Made by a program: the position numbers and the translations under genes | Part shown: positions 17,987 through 28,217 of the stretch, one piece after another | Position numbering within the stretch: the first letter of the stretch is position 1 | How the letters are laid out: each line of letters starts with the position of its first letter | Notes under the pieces: generated by a model | Databases searched by the model: none | What the model saw: the letters and a program-made list of their open reading frames with translations, nothing else | Told to the model about the DNA's origin: nothing | Source of the DNA: Halalkalibacterium halodurans | GTDB taxonomy: Bacteria > Bacillota > Bacilli > Bacillales > Bacillaceae_D | Direction of reading: 5' to 3' | Length of the DNA: 32,000 nucleotides | Assembly: GCF_004376175.1 (NCBI RefSeq) | Contig: NZ_SNUY01000028.1 | Location: 7,155-39,154, forward strand

Positions 17987-19500
17987 GAAAAATCAGCTCC
18001 TTTTTCTTGATCTTCAGATGGAACCTCCAGATCACCAGCTTTCCATTTCGTTAATGAAAGGATGAAGCCGACAATGATCGCGCCTACCGCTACACCCCAA
18101 CCACTATAAAGGAGGAAGCTCGTCGGATAACCTTCATAATTTTCGCTAATGGAATTAATGATGTTTTGCACCGCCATATAGCCAAGCACGATCGGTGTGA
18201 TGACCCCTAAGCAAACCTTCCACCATGTACCTGTGCGAAGATCAGACACTTCGTTTCCGTGCTTTTGTAGCGGATTAAGCTGCTTGAAGAACCACGAAAC
18301 AGCAACAACCGATACAAGACCTGCTAACGCCACACCAAAGCTGTTAATGAAGTGATCTGCAGCATCAAGTAGGAAAAGTCCACCTTGTGTCGCAAAGAGA
18401 AGGGAGATTAGCGCGGACAACCCTCCACCAAAAAGAACCGCCTTTGTCCGTGAAATCTTAAATTTATCTTGCAGCGCCGATACAAACGTTTCAACAATCG
18501 AAATTAGCGATGATAACCCGGCAAAGACTAGTGATGCAAAGAACAAAAATCCGAAAAGTCCATTTAGTCCAGGCAAGGAGTTAATGATTTGCGGGAAGAC
18601 CACAAAGGCTAGCCCGATCCCTCCTGCGGCTACTTCTCCAACAGTCGTCCCTGCTTGAGTGGCCATAAATCCTAACACGGCAAAAACCCCAATACCTGCT
18701 AACAATTCAAACCCAGAGTTACTAAAACCAGCAATGAACGCGTTGTTGTTGACGTCAGCCTTTCGTGGTAAATAGCTGGAGTACGTAATCATAATCGCAA
18801 AGGCGATCGACAAGCTAAAGAAAATTTGCCCGTATGCTGCGACCCACACCCCAGGTGAGAGAATTTCTGACCAATCTGGTTTGAAGAAAGCGTCTAATCC
18901 GATAGCGGCTCCTTCAAGGGTAACTGCACGAATGACGATAATTAAAAACATAATGACCAATGTTGGAATAAAAATCCGGTTAGCCAGCTCGATCCCTTTC
19001 TTAACCCCGGCAAATAATACACCTAATGCAACAATCCAGACTAATACTAACGGGATGAAGACGCCCGGTACTAACGATCCGATCTGTCCTGGATCAACGT
19101 CGAGCTTCAAATACTCACCAAACAAAAATCCACCTGTATCCTCGCCCCAGCTTAAGTTGATGGCAAAGACAGAATAGGACATTGCCCAAGCGATAATGAC
19201 GGCATAATATGTGGCAATGACAAAGGAAATCGCGACTTGCCACCACCCGATCCATTCTGCTTTTTTGTTCATGCGCGCATATGATAATGGCGCTGAACCG
19301 CGGTATTTTTGTCCAATCGTAAACTCCATGATTAGTAATGGAATCCCTGCTGTTAACAATGCAAATAAATAAGGTATGAAAAATGCCCCACCGCCGTTTT
19401 CATAGGCAACATAAGGAAAGCGCCAAATGTTTCCTAATCCGACAGCGGATCCAACAGCAGCCAAGATAAACCCGGCTCTTGTTCCCCATTGTTCTCTCAT
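17983..19500 (-). CDS. Sodium-dependent transporter of the NSS/SNF family (LeuT fold)
   Basis: The N-terminal signature is WGTRAGFILAAVGSAVGLGNIWRFPYVAYENGGGAFFIPY. The 505-aa product has 11-12 hydrophobic segments. Confidence 0.92.
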   Translation of the reverse strand: MREQWGTRAGFILAAVGSAVGLGNIWRFPYVAYENGGGAFFIPYLFALLTAGIPLLIMEFTIGQKYRGSAPLSYARMNKKAEWIGWWQVAISFVIATYYAVIIAWAMSYSVFAINLSWGEDTGGFLFGEYLKLDVDPGQIGSLVPGVFIPLVLVWIVALGVLFAGVKKGIELANRIFIPTLVIMFLIIVIRAVTLEGAAIGLDAFFKPDWSEILSPGVWVAAYGQIFFSLSIAFAIMITYSSYLPRKADVNNNAFIAGFSNSGFELLAGIGVFAVLGFMATQAGTTVGEVAAGGIGLAFVVFPQIINSLPGLNGLFGFLFFASLVFAGLSSLISIVETFVSALQDKFKISRTKAVLFGGGLSALISLLFATQGGLFLLDAADHFINSFGVALAGLVSVVAVSWFFKQLNPLQKHGNEVSDLRTGTWWKVCLGVITPIVLGYMAVQNIINSISENYEGYPTSFLLYSGWGVAVGAIIVGFILSLTKWKAGDLEVPSEDQEKGADFS

Positions 19501-19693
19501 TTTCTTTACTCCTTTCGTAACAGAAATATTATTCTTTCAAAAATAAGTATATTCAGAAAATTCAACCGTTAGTATATGCTAGGATAATTTTCTTCTGCCC
19601 TTACAAGTTAGATCCCTTTGTAGCAGAGCCTTTAAATTATCCAGAGCTTGTCCTTTCTCACCCCTTCTTTGTTCTTGATTGACGGGCTATCTT

Positions 19694-19723
19694 ATTATAA
19701 TGTCTAAAAAGATCAGTTGTAAA
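19694..19723 (-). promoter_or_regulatory. Candidate sigma-A promoter of the NSS operon
   Basis: The minus strand reads TTTACA, an 18-nt spacer, then TATAAT. This leaves a ~190-nt leader. Confidence 0.5.
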
Positions 19724-19870
19724 GGTATTTTTCGAAAATTTATATATATCCAAATAGTTTGTTTGTCCTAATCATCCGGTATTAATCATCCAATTTTGAT
19801 GGCATTATGGGGTAAAAGTTGATAACAGAGGGCCTCGACACAGTCACTACTCTTCCTTGAAACAATAAAA

Positions 19871-19909
19871 GTTAAAGAAGCTCTTATCGCACATAACGAC
19901 AAGAGCTTT
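19871..19909 (-). terminator. Intrinsic terminator after the ABC permease gene
   Basis: On the minus strand, agctcttgtcg-ttatgtg-cgataagagct is followed by tctttaactttt. Confidence 0.65.
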
Positions 19910-19916
19910 GTTTACG

Positions 19917-21083
19917 TCATTTTGCTTTGTTTCGATTATAAATGTCAAAACCGACCGCAGCTAGCAGAACGAGTCCTTTAATGGCTTGTTGCCAGTCTAT
20001 ACTAACCCCAAGTAATGACATTCCGTTGTTCATAACCCCCATTACGAGCCCCCCAACAACAGCACCGACAATCGTCCCGACTCCTCCGGCCATTGAAGCT
20101 CCACCGATAAAAGCAGCAGCAATCGCATCAAGCTCAAACATCGTACCGGCTCTCGGGGTTGCTGAGTTTAGGCGGGCGGCGTAAATTAATCCTGCCATGG
20201 CCGATAAAAAACCCATGTTAACAAAAACCCAAAACGTCACTCGCTTCGTCTTGACACCGGATAACTCTGCGGCTTTTTGATTTCCTCCTGTTGCATAAAT
20301 GTGGCGTCCGATCACCGTTTTATTCATGACAAACGAAAAGAGAACAATAAGCACAAAAAGAATCACAAGAATATTTGGAATCCCTCTATAAGAAGCTAAG
20401 ACAAACGTAAAAATGTTAATAATCGCTACCATTCCGATCAATTTTGCGATAAAAAACCCTTTGGGAAGTACCATAAATTGATTGTTTATCTGGACTCGTC
20501 GTTCTTTAAGCTCGCTAAAGATAACAAACAGAGAAAGCACCACACCGATCAACATCGTTAATGTATGATAAGAGGCCAATCCTAAAAAAGGGATATCAGG
20601 TAGGAATCCTGAACTAATCAAGATAAATTCAGGTGGATAGGGGGACTTTGATTGACCGCCTAACACGACCATCGTCAGCCCTCTAAATAGAAGCATGCCG
20701 GCCAATGTGACGATAAAAGACGGCATTTTTAAGTAAGCAATAAAAAATCCGTGCCATGCACCGATAAGAGCACCCAGCAATAAGCAGATTAGTACAGCAA
20801 GAGCTGTAGGAAGCTGCATATCAATCATTAAAATGGCCGCAATTGCCCCAACAAAAGCACAGACGGAACCAACGGACAAATCGATATGCCCCGCAATAAT
20901 CACCATCACCATACCGATCGCAAGAACTAAAATATAACTGTTTTGCAAAATTAAATTTGTTACATTTAGTGGGCGTAACAAAATTCCGTCGGACAACACG
21001 CTGAATAACAAAATGATAAACATAAGCGCGACGATCATCCCATAGGAACGCATATTATTTTTTAAAAGTTCAGCTAACTTCAT
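19917..21083 (-). CDS. CUT2-family monosaccharide ABC transporter permease (XylH/MglC/AraH-like)
   Basis: The ~388-aa product is polytopic and has the BPD_transp_2-type motif [16 protein letters not shown] chose the start MKLAELL, with the RBS aggagga 7 nt upstream. Confidence 0.9.
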   Translation of the reverse strand: MKLAELLKNNMRSYGMIVALMFIILLFSVLSDGILLRPLNVTNLILQNSYILVLAIGMVMVIIAGHIDLSVGSVCAFVGAIAAILMIDMQLPTALAVLICLLLGALIGAWHGFFIAYLKMPSFIVTLAGMLLFRGLTMVVLGGQSKSPYPPEFILISSGFLPDIPFLGLASYHTLTMLIGVVLSLFVIFSELKERRVQINNQFMVLPKGFFIAKLIGMVAIINIFTFVLASYRGIPNILVILFVLIVLFSFVMNKTVIGRHIYATGGNQKAAELSGVKTKRVTFWVFVNMGFLSAMAGLIYAARLNSATPRAGTMFELDAIAAAFIGGASMAGGVGTIVGAVVGGLVMGVMNNGMSLLGVSIDWQQAIKGLVLLAAVGFDIYNRNKAK

Positions 21084-22626
21084 GCCCATTTCCTCCTGTC
21101 CTCGTCATGTACTTCATTAAGATCTCTTGATTGGCCTCTTCTCGAGTAACCTCCCCAGTTATTCGACCTTCACATAGTGCGTAAATCCGATCGCTTAAAC
21201 CGAGTAGCTCCGGAAGCTCTGAAGAAATAACCAGAACGGCTTTGCCTTGGGCAGCCAACTCATGAATGACACTATAAATCTCGTATTTCGCCCCTACATC
21301 GATTCCCCGAGTGGGCTCATCCAATATCAAAATGTCAGGCCCTGATAAGATCCATTTACTTAAAACGACCTTTTGTTGGTTGCCACCACTTAAATTTCCC
21401 GTTTTCTGGTCAATGCTAGGGGTACGGATGTTCATTTTTTTTCGGAAGTCCTCAGCTTCTTTTACTTCTCGTGTTTTATCAACGACACCGTTTTTTGATA
21501 GCTTCTCTAAGCTCGTTAAGGAAATATTGTGTTTAATATCATCGATTAAAATCAATCCATAGGTTTTACGATCCTCGGTTACATAGGCGAGACCGTGATC
21601 AATGGCATCCTTTACTGAATGGACCGTTATTTCTTTTCCATCCTTTATCAGCTGACCGCGAATGTTCTTTCCATAAGATTTACCAAAGATGCTCATCGCT
21701 AGCTCGGTCCTTCCAGCCCCCATTAAACCTGCAACCCCAACAATTTCCCCTCGTTTCAAGTAAAGGTTAACATCTTTGATTAGCGACCGATCTGGATGGA
21801 GCGGGTCGTCCACGTGCCAATGGTTCACTTCGAAAATCACGTCGCCAATCTTTGGCTCCCGCGGCGGAAACCGGTTCTCGAGGTCTCGTCCGACCATTCC
21901 TTTAATGATCCGATCCTCTGTTACTTCTCCGCTCTGTAGCGACAGTGTTTCAATCGATTGACCGTCTCTCAAAATCGTTAAATGATCTGCCACATACAAT
22001 ATTTCATTTAACTTATGAGAAATGATGATCGACGTCATTCCTTGCTTCTTAAACTCCAGCAGCAAATGTAATAAATTTTGACTATCTTCTTCATTCAAGG
22101 CGGCGGTCGGTTCATCAAGAATGAGTAGCTTCACTTTCTTAGACAATGCTTTAGCAATTTCCACAAGCTGTTGCTTACCGACCCCGATGTTCATTGCTAA
22201 CGTTCTCGGCGAATCAGATAATCCGACTTTTTTTAGCAGTTTCGCTGCCTCAGTAATCGTTTGATTCCAGTCAATCACTCCATTCTTCGCTAGTTCATTC
22301 CCTAAAAAAATATTTTCTGCGATCGATAATTCGGGAACTAAGGCTAGCTCCTGGTGAATAATAACGATTCCGAGCTGTTCGCTTTCTTTAATATCCTTAA
22401 ATTGACAAACTCTACCTTCAAATAAAATATCGCCCTCGTACGTCCCATGGGGATAAACACCGCTAAGTACTTTCATTAACGTAGACTTTCCCGCTCCGTT
22501 TTCACCTACTAATGCATGAATCTCCCCTTGTTCGACTTTCAGATTAACGTTATTTAGTGCCTTCACACCAGGAAAGGCTTTCGTTATGTTCCGCATTTCC
22601 AACAAACAATTAGGCATGTTCATCAC
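21070..22626 (-). CDS. CUT2-family sugar ABC transporter ATPase with duplicated NBD (MglA/XylG/AraG-like)
   Basis: It has two Walker A sites ([18 protein letters not shown]), two signature motifs ([19 protein letters not shown]) and two Walker B sites ([16 protein letters not shown]). The true start may be the ATG 1 codon in. Confidence 0.93.
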   Translation of the reverse strand: MMNMPNCLLEMRNITKAFPGVKALNNVNLKVEQGEIHALVGENGAGKSTLMKVLSGVYPHGTYEGDILFEGRVCQFKDIKESEQLGIVIIHQELALVPELSIAENIFLGNELAKNGVIDWNQTITEAAKLLKKVGLSDSPRTLAMNIGVGKQQLVEIAKALSKKVKLLILDEPTAALNEEDSQNLLHLLLEFKKQGMTSIIISHKLNEILYVADHLTILRDGQSIETLSLQSGEVTEDRIIKGMVGRDLENRFPPREPKIGDVIFEVNHWHVDDPLHPDRSLIKDVNLYLKRGEIVGVAGLMGAGRTELAMSIFGKSYGKNIRGQLIKDGKEITVHSVKDAIDHGLAYVTEDRKTYGLILIDDIKHNISLTSLEKLSKNGVVDKTREVKEAEDFRKKMNIRTPSIDQKTGNLSGGNQQKVVLSKWILSGPDILILDEPTRGIDVGAKYEIYSVIHELAAQGKAVLVISSELPELLGLSDRIYALCEGRITGEVTREEANQEILMKYMTRTGGNGHEVS

Positions 22627-22717
22627 CTACTTCCTTGGCTGTTTTCATATCACAGATCGTGAAACAACGATTTAGTGATAGACTTAACTACCACTAAATC
22701 GCTCCGATCTTCACTCT

Positions 22718-23797
22718 TCACTCTTCAAAATCACTCTCATCATAGTACCCGCTGCCGACTAACACTTCTTTGTAGTTGTTAATGTCAACTGAAATAGGTT
22801 CTAGCAGATACGATGGTACAACTTTTATCCCGTTTTCGTAGGTTTCCGTATCATTCACCTCAGGCTCTTCCCCTTTTAATACAGCATCCACCATCTCTAC
22901 CGCTTTTCCTGCCAGCTCACGTGTATCTTTAAAAATCGTCTGTGTTTGCTCCCCTGCAATAATGGAAGCAATCGATGGACGTTCCGCATCCTGACCTGTA
23001 ACGACTGGCATTGGCAAATCTCCTGAGCCATAACCGACTCCTTTTAACGAGGAAATAATGCCTATGCTAATACCGTCGTATGGAGATAAAACAGCATCTA
23101 ATGTTTTGTCTGTATAGAAGCCGCTTAGTAAATTATCCATACGCTCTTGGGCGAGAGATCCGTCCCATCTTAAAGTGGCCACTTGTTGAAAATCGGTCTG
23201 CCCACTTTGGACAACGAGCTGTCCGTTGTCAATGTACGGCTGGAGTACAGACATGGCACCATCAAAGAAGAAATACGCGTTGTTATCATCAGGTGAACCG
23301 GCAAACAACTCAATGTTAAACGGACCTTCTCCTTCATCAAGACCTAGATACCCTTCAATGTACTCCCCTTTTAAAACGCCTACTTGGTAATTATCAAACG
23401 TAGCATAGTAACTTACATGCTCACTATTACGAATCAAGCGGTCGTACGAGATGACGGGAATTTCCATAGAATGAGCTAACTCAAGCACCTCGGTTAATGA
23501 TTCTCCATCGATTGCAGCAATGACGAGAGCATCTACACCCCTTGTGATCATATTTTCAATTTGATCGATCTGATTTTCGATCACATCTTCCCCGTACTGC
23601 AAGTTGGTTTCGTACCCTAACGCTTCAAATTGCTCTACCATGTTGTTTCCATCAGCAATCCATCGTTCTGAAGACTGTGTAGGCATAGATATCCCAACGG
23701 TTCCACTACCGTCTCCACTAGCTCCTTCACCGCCACACGCCGTGAGTACTAATACAGTAAGGTAAAGAATGGAGCCCCATAGCCATTTCTTCTTCAT
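22718..23797 (-). CDS. Monosaccharide-binding lipoprotein (PBP type I, ChvE/AraE-like) of the ABC transporter
   Basis: The lipobox is VLTACGG. The fold looks like periplasmic binding protein type I. It is the first gene of the SBP-ATPase-permease operon. Confidence 0.88.
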   Translation of the reverse strand: MKKKWLWGSILYLTVLVLTACGGEGASGDGSGTVGISMPTQSSERWIADGNNMVEQFEALGYETNLQYGEDVIENQIDQIENMITRGVDALVIAAIDGESLTEVLELAHSMEIPVISYDRLIRNSEHVSYYATFDNYQVGVLKGEYIEGYLGLDEGEGPFNIELFAGSPDDNNAYFFFDGAMSVLQPYIDNGQLVVQSGQTDFQQVATLRWDGSLAQERMDNLLSGFYTDKTLDAVLSPYDGISIGIISSLKGVGYGSGDLPMPVVTGQDAERPSIASIIAGEQTQTIFKDTRELAGKAVEMVDAVLKGEEPEVNDTETYENGIKVVPSYLLEPISVDINNYKEVLVGSGYYDESDFEE

Positions 23798-23846
23798 GTA
23801 CGTTTCCCCCTTAGAAATTGGAATCTTTCGTATATGGTCATTCTAA

Positions 23847-23860
23847 TGAAAGCGCTGTCA
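23847..23860. promoter_or_regulatory. Catabolite-responsive element (cre, CcpA operator) in the transporter promoter
   Basis: TGAAAGCGCTGTCA fits the consensus TGWNANCGNTNWCA at every constrained position. It abuts a possible -10 (TAGAAT on the minus strand, 23840-23845), ~45 nt upstream of the SBP start. Confidence 0.6.
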
Positions 23861-23941
23861 TAAATCTTTGCAATATTTTTTAAATTTTTATAACTTCTTT
23901 AACTTATCGTTCCTGTGAATGGGACAAAATACAGTTCATAA

Positions 23942-24048
23942 TGGGGGTGATTGTTCAAAATACACTCGCTTGTCGCAGGCGTCTCGTTATGCGTATACAA
24001 CAAAAAAAGGTTCGGATCCTTTTGTTTTGAAAGTCCGAACCTTTTTTT
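23942..24048. repeat. Modular repeat, copy 2 (short form); the degenerate hairpin core serves as the terminator after the RR gene
   Basis: The modules are gattgttcaaaatacactcg, gcaggcgtctc, gttatgcgtataca and aaaaaaaggttcggatcc-ttttgttttgaa-agtccgaaccttttttt. They are collinear with 28293-28474. Confidence 0.7.
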
Positions 24049-24094
24049 ATAGTTGTCCCAGCCGCTCTTGAAACAGTTATATTACTGCTAAAGC

Positions 24095-25315
24095 CTACTT
24101 CTGCCGGGAGACAACCTTTCCTTTTCGATACCTGTTAGGGGAAACGCCCATCACCTTCTTGAACGCTGTACTGAAGTAATGCTGCGTTTCGTAGCCTACC
24201 TTTTCCGATATTTCATTGATTGTTAAATTGGTGGAATGCAATAATTGAATTGCACGCTTTATCCTTAGTTTCGTTAAAGCATGTGTAAAGGTAATCCCTA
24301 ATTGTTCTTTAAACAACCGACTTAAATAGGCGGACGATACTTGCAAAGAGTCAGCCACTGTTTCAAGACTTAAACTGGATTGATAAAAATGGGCATTCAT
24401 ATATTGTTCGGCTCTTTTCACAATTTGTGAAACCTCAACTAAGTTGTATACTTTTTCTTTGCAGCGTTGAAATGATTGGGGAAGGTCACAAAGCTCTCCC
24501 GTTAAGCGCTCATAAGATTGGACGACCATCAGCTGTAAGGTTTCTTGAACCTTTTGTTCCAATTGTGTAAACAGCTCCTCCTCTACCTCTCCCCATAAAA
24601 TAAAATAGATGAAACCCTCCACTTGATTTGACGCTTTCACATAAGAAGAACCGTTGAAAAAACGTACAACCTCTTGCTCGAAGGCACGGAATAGCTCTTG
24701 TCCCTCAAGGTCAGACATAAAGGATTGAGCCGGCTGTAACTCTGGACAGCGGATAACGCCAATAAAAGAAGGCAATGTATCGGGTAGCTGTAAAAACGAC
24801 AACTGTTCAGCCACCTCTTCGTTCGTTAAGGCCCCCATCACCCAATTAGAACAAAATTGCTCCCTAAGCAGCGTGATGTTTTTCTCTAACTGTTTTGCTG
24901 TAAAGGTCTCTTCCCTTTTTCGATTTTGCCCCTCTGTTAACTCAATGCATACCTTTTTTAACACTTCATAAAGCTGATCCGCGTCTACAGGTTTAATGAT
25001 ATAGTCAACAACACTTAAGCGAATCGCCTCTTGGGCATACACAAACTCATCATGTCCTGTAATAATGATCACTTTGCAATGAGGCAAAGCGGTCCGAAGC
25101 TGTTTTATTAATGTAAGACCATTCATAATTGGCATATTCAAGTCTGCAAGTAAGATGTCGACTTGGTGTTCAAGTGCGAGCTCTAGTGCTTCTTCTCCGT
25201 CCTCCGCTTCAGCGACAACGGTTAACTGAAGCTCGCTCCAATTAATCGCATCTCTTATTCCTTCCCGTATAATGATTTCATCGTCCGCAATCAATACGTT
25301 CCATGAATCCATCAT
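24095..25315 (-). CDS. Response regulator with REC + AraC-type HTH output (YesN/AraT-like)
   Basis: The product begins VLIADDE. It shows DILLADLNMPIMNG and ITGHDEF. The C-terminus has an AraC HTH (SLETVADSLQVSSAYLSRLFKEQLG...YFSTAFKKVMGVSPNRYR). Confidence 0.9.
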   Translation of the reverse strand: MMDSWNVLIADDEIIIREGIRDAINWSELQLTVVAEAEDGEEALELALEHQVDILLADLNMPIMNGLTLIKQLRTALPHCKVIIITGHDEFVYAQEAIRLSVVDYIIKPVDADQLYEVLKKVCIELTEGQNRKREETFTAKQLEKNITLLREQFCSNWVMGALTNEEVAEQLSFLQLPDTLPSFIGVIRCPELQPAQSFMSDLEGQELFRAFEQEVVRFFNGSSYVKASNQVEGFIYFILWGEVEEELFTQLEQKVQETLQLMVVQSYERLTGELCDLPQSFQRCKEKVYNLVEVSQIVKRAEQYMNAHFYQSSLSLETVADSLQVSSAYLSRLFKEQLGITFTHALTKLRIKRAIQLLHSTNLTINEISEKVGYETQHYFSTAFKKVMGVSPNRYRKGKVVSRQK

Positions 25316-25326
25316 GCTCCCCCTTT

Positions 25327-27138
25327 TTATGCCCTCTTTGTCTCTACTCCACCCTCAAGGATCGGGTGGAAAATTGTAACAACTGTCCCTTCATTAAACA
25401 CACTGTCAATTTTTACGCCGTACGGTTCACCGAACGTCAACCTTAAGCGCGCATGAACATTAATTAACCCATACCCCTTCGTTAACCGCTGTCCACCCTC
25501 CTTATCCCCTTTCTCCAAAAAGAGGTTTACATTTGTCCTTAATTGCTGCAACGTTTCTGGCTTGATTCCTTTTCCGTTATCTCGAATACGAATGATGAGC
25601 ATATCGTTTTCCCGTTCAGCTTCAATCGTGATCAAGCCAGGGCCACGTCTTTCTTTAATCCCATGGTAAATAGCATTTTCTACGATCGGCTGTAAAACGA
25701 TTTTTAAAATGGACAAATGCTCCATATTACTTGGCATAACTAACGAATAGTTCAGTTTATTTTTGTAGCGGACCGACTGAATTTGCAGGTAATTTTTAAT
25801 ATGCTCGATTTCATCAACTAACGGGATAATCGTCCCCCCCTTACTTAAGCCAATTCGAAATAATTTCGAGAGTGCTCCGACTAGATCGGCTACATCTGAA
25901 GCATTTTTTTTGCGTGCCATCCATTGAATCGTATCCAGTGTGTTGTACAGAAAATGCGGTATAATGTTCGCTTGGAGACTGTGCAGCTCCGCCTCACGCT
26001 TTTTCCGTTCTTGGCGTTCTGTTAAGGAAATTAGCTTACCAATTTGCTCAATCATCGTGTTAAAACTACGGCCCAGACGGCCAACCTCATCTTGCTCCTC
26101 CCCTTCATATCGACTCGTTAAGTCCCCCGATTCTGCCTTTTGCATCGCAAGCATCAATTGATTAATCGGGCGAGAGATCGTATAAGATAAAAAGTAGGAA
26201 GCAGTAATTCCGACAAAGCAGACAAAAAAAACGAACGTAACGACATAGAATAAAATTTGCTGTACTTCTTCTACCGATTGATCTGTTGAAAAAACACCAA
26301 TCAACGTCCATCCCGTAAACGCTGATTGCTGATACATTAATTGATAACGTTCTCCTTCTACTTCCTCAGTGAAAATTCCATAGTTTTGTGAAAAACGGTG
26401 ATCAAAAGATTGTTCATACATGATTGATGGCGCAGGAGAATAAATAGGATCACCCTTTTGATCCACCACCATTAAATAGCCTGATTTCCCTAACCGCACA
26501 TCACGAACAGCTTCCTCGATCACTCGAAGCTTCAAATCAATTAAAATGACGCCTTTTTCTTCACCAGTAGTTGAATCGATAATGGCACGTACGACTGTCA
26601 CTACTTCATCTTCACGATAATGAACATGTGATGTAATTCGTCTCCCTTGTGGCTTGCCAATTAATTTAGCAATCCCTTTATTTTCAACGGCTTGGCGATA
26701 CCAGCTTTCTTGATTCAAATTAAAGGATGACCTTGTATATAGCTCATTGCTTAAATAGTCTCCTTGTTGATTGACTACTAAAATACCTGCGATTTCAGGA
26801 TATAAGGTCGTAAAGTTTTGCAAAAATTTAGATATCTCATATTCTTCGTCTGGTCCTAAGTGTTCTAGCGTTCCATCGAGAAACTGTTGAATATTGGAGT
26901 GAAGCGAAATAAAATACGTCATATTTTGGACGTTTTCAATGTGTGCTTCAATCGTGCTGTTTACTTTATCAATAAGCTGTAATGTATTTTCGTTTACCTG
27001 CTGTTCAATAATCCGATCAACTGCCCAGCCAACGAGCACCGCTAATAATAGAGAAGGTAATATACTAATAAGTAAAAAGTGAATCACAAGCTTAAAACGT
27101 ATCGGTAAGCTATTTAGTTTTGCTAGTTTATGCATCAT
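25327..27138 (-). CDS. Sensor histidine kinase of the YesM/LytS/AraS type (2 TM, extracytoplasmic domain, HAMP, His_kinase PF06580-like, HATPase)
   Basis: Its hallmarks are the HAMP region (RPINQLMLAMQKAESGDL), the H-box region LHSLQANIIPHFLYNTLDTIQWMA, the N-box IVENAIYHG and the G-box DNGKGI...GYGLINV. Confidence 0.9.
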   Translation of the reverse strand: MMHKLAKLNSLPIRFKLVIHFLLISILPSLLLAVLVGWAVDRIIEQQVNENTLQLIDKVNSTIEAHIENVQNMTYFISLHSNIQQFLDGTLEHLGPDEEYEISKFLQNFTTLYPEIAGILVVNQQGDYLSNELYTRSSFNLNQESWYRQAVENKGIAKLIGKPQGRRITSHVHYREDEVVTVVRAIIDSTTGEEKGVILIDLKLRVIEEAVRDVRLGKSGYLMVVDQKGDPIYSPAPSIMYEQSFDHRFSQNYGIFTEEVEGERYQLMYQQSAFTGWTLIGVFSTDQSVEEVQQILFYVVTFVFFVCFVGITASYFLSYTISRPINQLMLAMQKAESGDLTSRYEGEEQDEVGRLGRSFNTMIEQIGKLISLTERQERKKREAELHSLQANIIPHFLYNTLDTIQWMARKKNASDVADLVGALSKLFRIGLSKGGTIIPLVDEIEHIKNYLQIQSVRYKNKLNYSLVMPSNMEHLSILKIVLQPIVENAIYHGIKERRGPGLITIEAERENDMLIIRIRDNGKGIKPETLQQLRTNVNLFLEKGDKEGGQRLTKGYGLINVHARLRLTFGEPYGVKIDSVFNEGTVVTIFHPILEGGVETKRA

Positions 27139-27148
27139 ACTGCTTCAC

Positions 27149-28156
27149 CTAATCCGCATAATAGTAATCAACATTTTCATCTGTCACGATCGTAATACCA
27201 GTATCCACATATAACGGTAATGGGGCTTCCTCTCGTGTCTGGAGAATTTGCGGTTCTGTAAGCCCATGATGGAGGTGAAATAAATAGGTTAACGACCAAT
27301 ATCCCATGTTCCACGTGCCTTGTGCCAGAGTGGCAGAGATAATGCCTTCGTCAACTAAATCAAGCGTTCCCTTATCCGTATCAAAACTAATAATTTGAAT
27401 TTCTCCGGCTCTACTTTCTAGACGAACCGCATCACCAACTCCAACGCCCCCGTTAGCCTCAGTGGCAAAGATACCTACCAGATTCGGATAATCCTCTAGC
27501 AATTGATGGGCCACCCTTCGAGAGTGAAGACTATCTCCCCTACCATCTTCAACTGCAACCACTTCTATTGCAGGGAATTCCGCTTCCAACGTCTCCTTAA
27601 ACCCAGTCGTACGTTCTTGATGATTCAATTGATTCGGAAGAGTAATGACCGCTACTTCACCTTCTCCATCTAACAGTTCAGCCATTTTATAGGCCGCATT
27701 CATTCCTGCATTATAATTATTCGTCCCTAAAAAGGAATGAGCGTGACTGTCAGGGGCACCTGAATCAAACAACACGATCGGAATACCTGCATCGACAGCT
27801 TTATTGATCGTATCCGTAAGCTCCACTGGGTCAATTGCTGAAATGGCAATACCCGCAGGATTTTTGGCAATCGCTTGCTCTAATACAGTAATTTGCTCTT
27901 GAATATCATATTGGGCAGCTCCCCGATACTCAACCGTCACATTTAATGCTTGGGCCGCATCTTCAAAGCCCTTTAAACACCTTTTCCAATAATCCATCCC
28001 GGATTGAAAGGTGATCATCATATACGTTTCATTCAGATCCCCTTGTAACCCGCGAGTATCCCAAGGGTTGGCAACTGGTTCCTTAAAGTGAGCATGATAT
28101 ACATACAGCATAAACAGCCCAATAAGTGCTACATAGACAAGCAACAGCTTTTTCAT
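27149..28156 (-). CDS. Membrane-anchored PBP type I sugar-binding protein, sensor partner of the kinase (AraP/XylFII-like)
   Basis: It has an N-terminal TM anchor with no lipobox Cys, then a ribose-binding-protein-like fold (DGIPIVLFDS, GTNNYNAG, QERTTGF). It is the first gene of the PBP-HK-RR operon. Confidence 0.8.
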   Translation of the reverse strand: MKKLLLVYVALIGLFMLYVYHAHFKEPVANPWDTRGLQGDLNETYMMITFQSGMDYWKRCLKGFEDAAQALNVTVEYRGAAQYDIQEQITVLEQAIAKNPAGIAISAIDPVELTDTINKAVDAGIPIVLFDSGAPDSHAHSFLGTNNYNAGMNAAYKMAELLDGEGEVAVITLPNQLNHQERTTGFKETLEAEFPAIEVVAVEDGRGDSLHSRRVAHQLLEDYPNLVGIFATEANGGVGVGDAVRLESRAGEIQIISFDTDKGTLDLVDEGIISATLAQGTWNMGYWSLTYLFHLHHGLTEPQILQTREEAPLPLYVDTGITIVTDENVDYYYAD

Positions 28157-28217
28157 CCCATGAAACCCCTTTCAAAAAATCAGTTACCGATCATTTGCCA
28201 TTAGACGATCTACTAAG

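Noticed and set aside
17844-18065. A 73-aa ORF is called on the + strand.
   Set aside because: It is antisense to the MetS-like mini-ORF and the 3' end of the NSS gene. It is a shadow ORF.
19560-19680. The NSS leader contains glycine-riboswitch-like words (gaaggggtga ... ctctgga).
   Set aside because: The block order is reversed relative to the aptamer consensus. No GGAGAG/ACCGAAGGGGCAA pairing partners and no terminator are present, so the match looks like chance.
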